Of a DNA stretch of 64,000 bases, positions 25,438 through 36,296 are shown piece by piece. The notes below the pieces were generated by a model. It was given only the letters and a program-made list of their open reading frames with translations. It searched no databases and was not told the origin of the DNA. A program made the translations under genes and the position numbers. Origin of the DNA: Camelus ferus (lineage: Eukaryota); contig NC_045696.1 of the NCBI RefSeq assembly GCF_009834535.1, positions 43,340,001-43,404,000 on the forward strand, read 5' to 3'. Each line of letters begins with the position of its first letter. Positions within the stretch are counted from its first letter, which is position 1.

Positions 25438-26869
25438 TAGATTATCCCAATAAGTCATGAATTTTTGTTTTTAATAAGCCATGTGATTTAGAATAACACA
25501 TTAATACATAATGTTCTCAAGGCAAAAAATACTGAATAGAAGAAAAATGAGCAGCTTAAAATAAAAGGCAATCTTTATTTTTACTTTATATGTTTGTGGA
25601 ATAAGAAATGACTTTGAATTACTCTTTTCAACAACAACAACAAAATAACTGTGGTTTTCATGCTGAGGTTCTAAATAGAAGTTATAATAACTAAAATCTC
25701 CCAGAAGTCATTTCTGAATCCCTTAGGGGGTCTTTTGCTAAAGCCTCTTTCGGTGTTAACTTTTGTGAAGAAAAAAAAAGGTTTAAGTATATGAAAAATA
25801 AAATGTGTTCTTTTTTTCCCCATAAAGAGAGTTCTGAAATTAGTATGTTGCTTTCATGAACTTTCCAATGGCAAAATATTTGAACGTTCTCGTGTTTTAT
25901 TTGAGAAGTCAGCCTAAGATGGAAATTGGGGATAATTGTATTCCCTTAACAAAGGAAAAAAATCCTCAGAGACATTTAAACCAATGATAAAATTTTGTTT
26001 TTATTAGACGGAATGGTTTCTGCGAAGTTTTCTAATTATATCAAGGTTTATACTGGTTAAAAAACTCAATTAAAGTGTGTCACAGAAAAGGCTGAAAAAT
26101 TCTTTTTATTGGCAATCTGTTCTCCTATTTTTCCTAACATATTACTTATTTTCCATAAACTTTTCTTCCAACATTTTCATTTTTTCACAGTCCTAATTTC
26201 ATGAAAAATATGTATTTAGAAATTCTAGGACCTTGGGGTATGCTCTACACCTACATGCTCATCCAGAAAAATGAATATGATCTTTTTTGGATGTGTTTTT
26301 AATTTCCAAATCTGTCACTGTGCATATTGTTGACTTCTGATGTGACTATATATATTTTTCTTGTTGTTTTTAACATTCTCATTACCACTAATCAGTTACT
26401 GCTATACTTCAAAAAGGCATTTACCAATTGTCAGAATAAAGTATACCTTTTGAATTTGATTCCAAAATCTGAACATTTTTCTCTTTAAACTTATTCCAAA
26501 CCACTATTTCCAATCCCCTCAAATTATTTCCCCTCCCACCCCATGTTCACAATTGTTACACAGACAGTCTTTGTGATATTAAACCTGTGTGGTAAGATAT
26601 AAAAGCTAGTCAGGGAGTCAGAAATCTTAGCTCACATCTCAAATCTTTCTTGAGCAAATCACTAATGCTATACCTCTTTCTTGAAATGAAGCTATAGCAC
26701 TAGGTGAACACTAAAGTCCTTTATAAATCTGGATGTCTATGATTCTGTACAACAGTAACAGAAAAAAAAGAAGAAAAGATTAATTGCAAATCCTTAGGTT
26801 TACTAAAATAGGTATTTTCCTTGAGAAACTCAGGTCATTAATGATTCAATAGAGAAAGGTGACTGATAT

Positions 26870-27002
26870 CATGGGCTGTGGTTAAAGATGACCTGACTTC
26901 AAATTCTCATTCTACTACTGACTTACAATGAGACTTGGAGAGAGATTCTTAACCTCAGTTACCTTACATGTTTAGTGGGGATTAAAAAAAAGTATTTCCT
27001 CT
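26870..27002 (+). mobile_element. MIR SINE (diverged)
   Basis: GACCTGACTTCAAATTCTCATTCTACTACT..CTTAACCTCAGTTACCTTAC..GGGGATTA. Confidence 0.55.
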
Positions 27003-27197
27003 TATGTGTCTGTGTGTATATGTGAGAGAAAGAAAGAGAGGGAATTAACTTCCATTTACTCTTAAGTACAGATTAAGTTGTAGTCTTTAGCACAGAAAAG
27101 ATTTCAGAGGCTCCTTCAGTAAACATATTTAATTAAATGTCTTCAGGGAGGGGAGCTGCTAAAGTGAATGTTGGCATCTTGACAGTATAGAGTTTAA

Positions 27198-27312
27198 GGC
27201 TCCCAGCCTGCTCACCTTGTGCAGGTTGTGCCCTACGGAAGATGCTTGGACAAGAAAACAAGTGAAGGTAAAGCACCACTCACACTCTGCTTCCTAAGTC
27301 ACATGCCGGGTC
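27198..27312 (+). mobile_element. MER91-like hAT-Tip100 remnant
   Basis: TTGTGCAGGTTGTGC and CACTCTGCTTCCTAAGTCACATGCC. Confidence 0.4.
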
Positions 27313-30300
27313 TTATAATATATATAAAAGATTTAAAAGTATATTGCATCCAAAAAAATAATTGCCATGATTAAGAAGTGAAAGACCAAGAAAAAGCTGT
27401 TTGAATGTACTAAGGGAAATCCCTGAAAATGCTATCAATATTAAGTTGCTGCATAACAGGCAAAATTATTGCTTTTATACTTTTCTACATTTTGCAATTT
27501 TTCTACGACAATCATTTATTTCTTTTATAATCATCATTTTTAATGGCCGTCAGACTTACTGACATAAGGAACATTGTACAAGCTGCGGATTGGTTGGTAT
27601 GTGTGCGAGTTCTTATGCAGGTGTGTATGTTTCTTTGTGTACATCTGGGTGTGCTCATCAGGAGTTCATGTTATGATAAATGATATTTCTGTCTGTCTCT
27701 TAGGCATACAAGTACAGATGTGAAGTAGTTACCTATATTGCACAGAATTTTTTCATACAGTTTGGTATTAGAGATAAAAACTTGGAAGTCATCTATTTAC
27801 AGATGGTAAGTGAAGTCATGGAATTGGATGATTTCAAGGGAAATATGAAGTGAGAAGTCATCTTTAGATTCTAAAGATACATCCACAAAGTTTAAACATA
27901 CTCTACAGACTGGGTGCCAAATAATCAAAGTTTCATATAAAATCGGAGTTTCATATAAAAACAAATACAGTCTTCAGATAAAGAATAAGATTTTTATTTT
28001 TATTTTTTTTTCTTTTGCAACAGCAAGAAGAGTGCTTGGAATTAAAAAAAATAAAAAAAGCTGAAATACTTAGAAATATGCACCAGGTTTGAATTTGTTG
28101 TGCTGACACTAACAAAGATAGTCTCTATAAAAAATTATAATTTCTTTGAGGAATTTTGCAGAACAAATCTTGGCTTTCATCTACATGTTTAAGACTTAAG
28201 TGCTCCTTAAAAATAAAATGATGTTTTACCTGTTGCCATTGTTTTCTATTTTGTATTTATACTAATTACTTTTTTGAAGAACTTAGAATGCTGTTGAGAT
28301 GGAATCCCTGACAGCAAAATGTTATGTGGGTGGGTAAAATGACTTAATACTAACTGGACTCCAGAACATGGGATGTTTGCAGAAATTTTAGAACCCTTTA
28401 TCAGAGTTAATATACAGTACAGTGGAACTTTTGTTCTGAGTAGCTAGAGGAGAAAACAGATAAAAGTTCATATAACGTAGCATTGTTAACTGATTAAAAA
28501 AAAAAAAAAGACAGAGTTAAGGGAAGTAGACTTATGGTGGGCCCTGTAACACCATACTCCATATTTTTCTCAAAATTTTTTTCAACATTTTCCATAAAGA
28601 AGAAATTATCTGAAACCACTTTTAAAAAGTTTTAAAGAAAGTACTCAAAAACTATCATTTAAAAACTAATTAATTTTCTTTCTTATTTGTGATTGGATTC
28701 TGCCACAGATACTGTTGAAATACAAAGTACAAAAAACAGAGAAACTTTTGAATCTCTATTGTGGGTATTCTATAAGAAATGGAGAATAAGTTGGTGCTGG
28801 GAACTCAACCTGGGGATCTCACATTCCCCTGAAAGAAAATGCCAATAGGACTTTAGGCAAGAATTATGCTCCAAGGAGGTAGAGCATATACCTTGTCACT
28901 CCATATCCCCCAGACATCTTCTCTGTAGTTCATCTGCTCTGCCCCGTGCTCTTTATGGACACTGTGCAAACTTCCAGTCTTACAAATTATAAGTACACTA
29001 CTGAGTACTGTAATTTACGTACACACAGTTGGCTCCCCTACTTGACCATAAGCACATTAAAAACAAATTTTGTCTTGTTCTTGGAGTTTAGCAGATAAAA
29101 TGATCATTAGAAGGTACTGAAGAAATGTCTGCTATATGAACAAATGAATCTGAATAGGTAAGAAATGAACATTGTAGAGTAATGGTGGAAAAGAGCAGAG
29201 ATGTTCCAAACGATCTCTTCCCCACTCCTTTACCTGGGGCCTGAGAGAGGACCTTCAGTGTGGAAAACCATAGAGTACCAAAGAAACTGAAAAACGACAA
29301 GAACATTAGCGTTCAAAGAGATTTTTCAAGTGGTCTTATCCTATTATCTAATTTTATAGAGGATCAGACTTTTTAAGTGACCTCCCAAATCATTTTATCA
29401 ATAGGAAAAATTAGTAAAATCAGTTAATTTCTGTTTAAAAAATAAAATGCACCTCTAGTTCATAAAATACTAAAAAATACAATTTATTTTAGTTTTACAA
29501 AAATATTAAAAATAGTTCACACTTTCATAACTAGTTTTGCAAAGCTTTAAAGTCACAGATTTTGAGGTGGAATTCTCTCACTATATTCTAATATTTTGCA
29601 AATGTTATTTTCCTATCACTGTGCTTCCACCATTGCCAAAATGCTGCTAAGGCAATTTCTTACATGGTGACCTTATGGTTTGGAAGAAGTGTTTCTATGC
29701 CATTTGGTTTTTCAATAATGTGGAGTTTTAAAGGAATGATATTCAGTGAGAATATCAGTGAAGATTGTTCAGTAAGAATAGCAGGAAAATATTCAAATAA
29801 GTTTTTATAATGGAAACTATAATAATTTCCCATTCTAGAACTTGTGCATTTGATGCAAAATAATGAAAAATTATTGTCCTCCCATTCTATTTGTCCTGAT
29901 AAATACAAGATATTGAAAAACTCAGAGAAGAAATCATACTTCCAAAAAAATAAAAAAAGTTTTATTTTTATTTATGTATCACAAAGCTGGACTGGCTGAT
30001 GAAGTGAGTATAGAGGATGTTGTAGGACATACGTTCAACGTTTAACTTCCATTCTGGCCCTTACCTCTCTGTTCACATATACCCTGCAGTAAATGCCATT
30101 ACAGTCATATAAGCAGAATAAAGGTCTTATAAGTAAAATATTATGGACTCTCTCTTATTTAAAATTACAAGTCTCTACATCTCTTAAGGAATTAAATTAT
30201 CCTGGGTTTAGATGATATCAACTAACTAGACATTGAATATGTCAACTATTTCCCAATCCACAGACTCTCACTCTCTCTACACATTCCATCCCTGATTAAT

Positions 30301-30504
30301 TAGATGAGAAAATAAAAGTACCTACTAGAGAGAATGATTTCTCTTTTATTTGCTTAATTGTTGGTTGTCCACCCCTCTGTCTTTCACAATTTACAATACT
30401 GAGCTGAGTCATGCAGGACAAATGTATTGCTAAATAACATTAGCAATTATTTTAAAATCATTAGCTAAATAGAAATTAAGAACTAGAAATGCCACTGGAT
30501 CTAA

Positions 30505-30823
30505 TGCAGCGGATGCTGTGAAATGCTACCCCAGACTCCCTGCTTCAGGACCTAGGTACTAACTTCCCCATCAGCTTGCTTACTTTGTCTACTAATAACT
30601 TATAACTGAATCTTCTCTCAGGAACTGCCCTCAACAAAAAGTCACAGCCTGCATTCAGTAACTGGTTGACATGGGGGTAAGTCCCAACTATTTTTTAGCT
30701 CAATGGAGACATTCTGAAGCTTGGTAGCTCCCTGTGGGGTTGGCAGAGGTCTATATCACAACTGCAGTGTGGTTCAAATTCTCCTTTATCCTAATATGCG
30801 CTCTTCTCCCACTTGCAAGTATT
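30505..30823 (+). mobile_element. LTR16C-like ERVL LTR, 5' part
   Basis: Starts TGCAGCGGATGCTGTG; CTTCAGGACC, CTCAGGAACTGCCCTCA, GACATTCTGAAG, CAACTGCA..GTTCAAATTCTCC. Confidence 0.75.
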
Positions 30824-30848
30824 TTTTTATTCTCGGAATTCATCTTCT

Positions 30849-30914
30849 TTTTTTTTTTCAATTGAAGTATACTTGATTTACAATGCTGTGTTAGTTTCAG
30901 CTAAGTGATTCAGT

Positions 30915-30979
<65 letters not shown>

Positions 30980-31341
30980 TCTGTTTTAGATTCTTTTCCA
31001 TTAAAGATTATTATAAGATATTGAAGATAGTTCTCTAGGCTATATAGTAAGTCCTTGTTGTTTATCTATTTTATATATAGTAACGTGTATCTATCTGTTA
31101 ATCCAAACTTCTAATTTATCCCTTCTCTCCTTTCCCCTTTGGTAACCATAAATTTGTTTTCTATGTCTATGAGTCTCTTTCTGTTTTGTAAATAAGTTCA
31201 TTTGTATCAATTTTTTTTAGATTCCACATATAAGTGATATCATATAATACTTGTCTTTCTTTGACTTAACTTAGTATGAGACTCTCTAGCCCATCCATGT
31301 TGCTGTAAATGGCATTATTACATTCTTTTTCACGCTAAGTA
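30849..31341 (-). mobile_element. 5'-truncated L1 3' end (cetartiodactyl-type), antisense, inserted in LTR16C
   Basis: Poly-T then CAATTGAAGTATACTTGATTTACAATG; TTCCCCTTTGGTAACCATAAATTTGTTTTCTATGTC; TTAGATTCCACATATAAGTGATATCATA; CCATCCATGTTGCTG. Confidence 0.92.
30921..30968. repeat. (TG)24 microsatellite within the L1 3'UTR
   Basis: Read directly from the sequence. Confidence 0.97.
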
Positions 31342-31342
31342 C

Positions 31343-31435
31343 CCCTCTTATAAGTATTGTTCCTTAGAATAACCCCCATAAACAACCACAGATAAATCTG
31401 TATCTCAGAGCTATTTCCTGGAAATCTGATCCAGG
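31343..31435 (+). mobile_element. LTR16C-like LTR, 3' part
   Basis: CCCCATAAAC..AAATCTGTATCTCAGAGCTATTTCCTGGAAATCTGA continues the LTR16C consensus. Confidence 0.7.
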
Positions 31436-31604
31436 TGTACCTTAATAGACACAATGATTTTTATTATTAACTTAGATATTCCTTATGTGACTAAGGATTT
31501 CTTTACTACATTGGGAAGACATAATTTTAAATACTTAACTGGAAATTTCTTAATTATCTTCTAAGAGCTTATCCTTGAGGAAATAATTCTGCATATATCT
31601 AATA

Positions 31605-32050
31605 TAAGAATAAGGTTTCTTTTGGTTGCAAATAACAGAGTCCTGACCTGAAACAGATAAAATAAATAAGAAAATGTATAATAAGGAAGAACTGGAATAA
31701 AGTTAAAGGTCAGAAACAATAGTTACGAGGAATTAAAAATCATCATGCCTTTCTTTCAATCTTTACCAATTCTCTCTGTGAGATTGCTTCAATTTCCACT
31801 CATTAAATTTTTCTTCAAACTGTATGGAAGACATTGCTGCCAATAACTTCCATGTAGAAATTTTACAGTCAATTCACTCCACTTGGAGAGAGAGATTGAC
31901 TTTTCTTTTTAGATTCCTTTTATGAATATCACCGAAAAGGACTCTCATTTTCATGCTTAAGTCAGATTCTCTCCCCTGGAGAACAATCAGCTGTGGTCAA
32001 GTTTAGCAGACATATTTTATTCACATTGCAACTCTAACAATTATGTGGAT
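31605..32050 (-). mobile_element. MaLR LTR (MLT1J/K/L-like)
   Basis: AGGTTTCTTTTGGTTGCAAATAACAGA and ACTCTCATT..CCCTGGAGAACAATCAGCTGTGGTCAAG. Confidence 0.5.
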
Positions 32051-32150
32051 GCTGTTGGGGACAAGAGTGATTTTAGATTAAAGCAGAAGCAGGTAGGGTG
32101 GAATGTTAATTAAACAATAGATATTATTATATCATGCATATGCCTTACAG

Positions 32151-32223
32151 TAAAAAAAGAAAGAAGAAAGGAAGGAACGAAGGAAGGAAAGAAAAAGAAA
32201 GAGAGAGAGAGAAAGAAAGAAAA
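32151..32223. repeat. GA-rich low-complexity tract
   Basis: Mixed (GAAA)n/(GGAA)n/(GA)n. Confidence 0.85.
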
Positions 32224-33883
32224 GATTTTTTTTAGTTCATGGAATTCATCAGGAAAAATCCGTACTAATAGGCAGAAGACTGTAACACTGATGACTTTGT
32301 CCTTGTAAGCTAGATAAGGGCAAAGGGCAATCAGACCCTCTGCTGAATTTCTTAGTGAACTCATCTTTCATCTTAAACAGAAGCTCTTAATATCACCACC
32401 ATACTTTAAAAAGCCATATTTCACTCTATTATTCTAAGAGAAAGATCTTACCAGTTGCCCTTTTCTGAGACTGTGAAACTTAAGGAGATAAAACATGCTT
32501 ACCAGTTACCCTGGAGCCAAGAGGACATGGACTTTTAGTCTTCCTAGCCATGGCAAATTGTGTGGTGGTTAGTGGGAAAACATTATGTTACAATAATAGC
32601 TGCTATTGGACACTTGCACCCCTTGTGACTGTCCCTACACTGCAGGCATAGGCAGAGGTCACACTTCTCACCCCTCTACCACTCCCAAAAATATTATGGT
32701 TTGGTAGTCTTACTTCCAGTGAAGGAATTTTTCTCTATATAACAATTCGGGCCTTTGCAGATAGGTCACCCTGCATTTTGACTTCTCTTTGAAAACCATC
32801 TAAATCATACTCAGCAAAAAAACAGTATAAAGAAATCATCAGTCAAAATGTAAATAGTGGTACACACTGTATGAATTTGATGTTATTAAATATATGGTAT
32901 GTAAACTCACTAAACTCGTATATGAATAATACTAACAAAATGGATGCTAACTTTAATATTGGCATTACTTCACACAGTCCTAAAAGTCATATGAATGTGA
33001 ATGTGAATTAGATACTCTACAATAATCAAAAGTATGTAAACTCTAATATATATATAATTTTATTAAATAACATATATAAATGTGTATTAATATATTTTAA
33101 TCTAGTAGAGTCAGGGTCAAGAATACATTCTCATATAGAATCAGAATAAAATCATGCTGCCTTGCTAATCTCATCCCTGGAAGAGACTTCAGGGATGAGA
33201 TTATCATGTATGAGATAATTGAGGATGTATAGACATGAATAGCACTCAATGCCAAAACCAAGCCTGCTTAGACTAGGAAAATAATGTAATTTTTTTTTCT
33301 AGATTTAGACAAAATATTTAGTGGAGTGTTGGCATTTAACTCCTTTTATACAGCTTCACCAAGTGAATTTGTTTTCCATATGTACATACTGTAATAGGCT
33401 GAAAGTTTCTATGTTTAATTTCTTGGTAGAAAGAGATATTTACAAAGAAATCAATAAGCTGTACATAGAAAAAAAATCAAATACTACAGCAGTAATTATA
33501 AATAATAATCCATTACCCCACTCCCTGTTGTCAATATGCATCTTCTCTTAAGAGGTGCTGTGTGGTAATTTTCATATTTCTAAACAGTATTTAATGACTT
33601 CACACAGAATCTACTACAATATGAAAGATGAAGATTTAACTTCCGTTTTTTTTCTCTTTCATTCCAATTAAAAAAAAAATCACTGCATTGTTGTCCAAAC
33701 AGGAAACATTTTCATTATATGGAATTTAAGTTGAAAACAACAACAACAAAAAAGACTTCTAATCCACTCTGAACCTGATAACAGCATTCATCAATATATC
33801 ATTTTTATATTTTGAAGGGGATGGATAGTGAGAGAAGGAAAAGAAAATACACAGCTGTGCTCACAGAAAGGTGATATCATAAT

Positions 33884-34735
33884 ATGAAGCTACTTAAAAC
33901 CTTAAAAACTTTTCTCCTAGAAGAAATAAAAGCAAGAATAAACAAATGGGACCTAATGAAACTTACAAGCTTCTGCACAGCAAAGGAAACCAGAAGTAAA
34001 ACAAGAAGAAAACCTACGGAATGGGAGAAAATTTTTGCAAGTGAAACCGACAAAGGCTTGATCTCCAGAATATACAAGCAGCTCATACGACTCAATAAGA
34101 AAAAAATAAACAACCCAATCCAAAAATGGGCAGAAGACCTTAACAAGCAATTCTCCAAGGAAGACATACAAATGATCAAAAAGCACATGAAAAAATGCTC
34201 AATATCACTAACTATCAGAGAAATGCAAATCAAAACTACAATGAGGTATCACCTCATACCAGTCAGAATGGCCGTCATTCAAAAATCCACAAATGACAAA
34301 TGCTGGAGAGGCTGTGGAGAAAGGAGAACCCTCCTACACTGCTGGTGGGAATGCAGTTTGGTGCAGCCACTATGGAAAACAGTGTGGAGATTCCTCAAAA
34401 GACTAGGAATAGACTTACCCTATGACCCAGGAATCCCACTCCTGGGCTTGTATCCAGAAGGAAATCTACTTCAGGATGACACCTGCACCCCAGTGTTCAT
34501 AGCAGCACTATTTACAATAGCCAAAACATGGAAACAGCCTAAATGTCCATCAACAGGTGACTGGATAAAGAAGAGGTGGTATATTTATACAATGGAATAC
34601 TACTCAGCCATAAAAACCGACAACATAATGCCATTTGCAGCAACATGGATGCTTCTGGAGAATGTCATTCTAAGTGAAGTAAGCCAGAAAGAGAAAGAAA
34701 AATACCATATGAGATCGCTCATATGTGGAATCTAA
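33884..34735 (+). CDS. L1 ORF2p C-terminal fragment (283 aa) with CCHC zinc knuckle; first ~8 codons come from flank/TSD
   Basis: [81 protein letters not shown] are hallmark L1 ORF2p motifs. Expression is not shown. Confidence 0.85.
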   Translation: MKLLKTLKTFLLEEIKARINKWDLMKLTSFCTAKETRSKTRRKPTEWEKIFASETDKGLISRIYKQLIRLNKKKINNPIQKWAEDLNKQFSKEDIQMIKKHMKKCSISLTIREMQIKTTMRYHLIPVRMAVIQKSTNDKCWRGCGERRTLLHCWWECSLVQPLWKTVWRFLKRLGIDLPYDPGIPLLGLYPEGNLLQDDTCTPVFIAALFTIAKTWKQPKCPSTGDWIKKRWYIYTMEYYSAIKTDNIMPFAATWMLLENVILSEVSQKEKEKYHMRSLICGI

Positions 34736-35055
34736 AAAACAAAAACAAAAACAAACAAACAAACAAAAACAAAGCGTAAATAAAGGACAGAAAGAGACTT
34801 ACAGACAGAGAATACAGACTTGTGGTTACCAGGGGGGTGGAGGGTGGGAAGGGATAGACTGGGATTTCAAAATTGTAGAATAGACTACACTGTATAGCAC
34901 AGGGAAATATACACAAAATGTTATGATAACTCACAGAGAAAAAAATGTGACAATGAGTGTGTATATGTCCATGAATAACTGAAAAATTGTGCTGAACACT
35001 GGAATTTGACACAACATTGTAAAATGATTATAAATCAATAAAAAATGTTAAAAAA
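33909..35055 (+). mobile_element. Young 5'-truncated L1 (camelid-type) with poly(A) and 13-bp TSD
   Basis: Uninterrupted ORF2 C-terminus, 3'UTR, AATAAA and A-tail. TSD AAAACCTTAAAAA at 33896-33908 and 35056-35068, at a canonical TT/AAAA endonuclease site. Confidence 0.96.
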
Positions 35056-35139
35056 AAAACCTTAAAAAATTTAGGTTTAAAAAAGAGAAGCTTATAATCT
35101 CTTTCTTTTAAAAATTGCTTGAGTAAAGAAGGATCTGTA

Positions 35140-35640
35140 CGAAAGAACGAAAAGTAGTCAGGAAACTGTTGTGGTGGTCTAGGAAGGAGATGATGGGGTC
35201 AGTCTAGGGTACAGTGCAGAAGGGTGAAAGTGAATGCATGATTTATTTCAGAGGTGGCATATCTGGACTTGTCCTGGAATATGTAGTGATCAGGATAGAA
35301 GACGGATAGATCTTTGACATCTTTTTTAAAAATTGAAGCTACTGGGTGATATCATTTATTCTGATAGGAGAGACTGGAAGAAATGATGTCAGTTAAAGTT
35401 AGCTGAGTTGTCAAAAATTTCAGTAGAAATCATATACTAAGTGATTTTAAGTAGCAAGTATATTAGGACAGAGGGCAGAAACTTGAATTCTTCAGTTTTT
35501 AAAAGTCAAAAAGAAAAAGAGCCAGCAAAGGAGAATAGAAATAGCTTCAGTGGGGTAGAAAGTAATTGAGAAGAACTTGGTTTCCTGGAATTAAGGTGAA
35601 AAATATGTACCTGGAAAAAAGTGATGATTGGATGTTTCGT
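35140..35640 (-). mobile_element. L2 fragment
   Basis: GTCAGGAAACTGTTGTGGTGGTCTAGGAAGGAGATGATGG; GAGCCAGCAAAGGAGAATAG. Confidence 0.55.
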
Positions 35641-35999
35641 ATCACCTTGCATCCGTCAGGATTTCTTTGAAGTTAACAGAAAACACTCAAGCTAGTTTAA
35701 GCAATAAATTTAACAGTGAAGTAGGTGGATACAAATGATAGGAAAGAAAAACAGAATAATCATAGCACTGAAAGCTAACTGGAAAGAGTCAGGGGAGCAA
35801 AGGGAGAAGAGACAGGGAGCAGATACCCTCACCCCATGGGCCCACCGGCTTGGGTGATCCACAGTCAGTGGACAGGTCCAATACAGGATGACAGCTCCTG
35901 ATCTGAAACACTTCCATCTGTTTCTGCCTGAGGCTTTTCTTAGCCACAGAAACATGCTCTGCCTGGATTATGGCAGGCCAGCATGCCAGAATAGTGACA

Positions 36000-36296
36000 C
36001 TCTAGGAAATATCTTCAACCAATGAGAGATAAGAAAAAAATGCCTTAGGTTTTCAGCCCACACTGAGTTGAACTGAGGTATATTCTACACAGTGTCTCAG
36101 AAGATTTCCCAAAAGATGAAGCCCCAGTCGCCTATGGTTGAAACGCACTCATTAGCACACTCTCGTGTCTTTCCTTTGTTCCCTATCTCACTTTCCTAGT
36201 CCCTCACTATATTTTCTGAGATAACCTCTCAAATATACTACTTGCCCCCAAAATTCTGTATTGAAATTGGCTCTTATGGAAGTACAAACTAAAACA
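36000..36296 (+). mobile_element. ERVL LTR (LTR16/LTR67B group) 3' part
   Basis: AAGCCCCAGTCGCC, CCCTATCTCACTTTCC..CCCTCACT, AACCTCTCAAATATACTACTTGC..CAAACTAAAACA. Confidence 0.55.

Noticed and set aside
33877..35012. Minus-strand ORFs of 118, 77 and 97 aa
   Set aside because: Antisense shadows of the young L1; hydrophobic F/L-rich translations are typical artefacts
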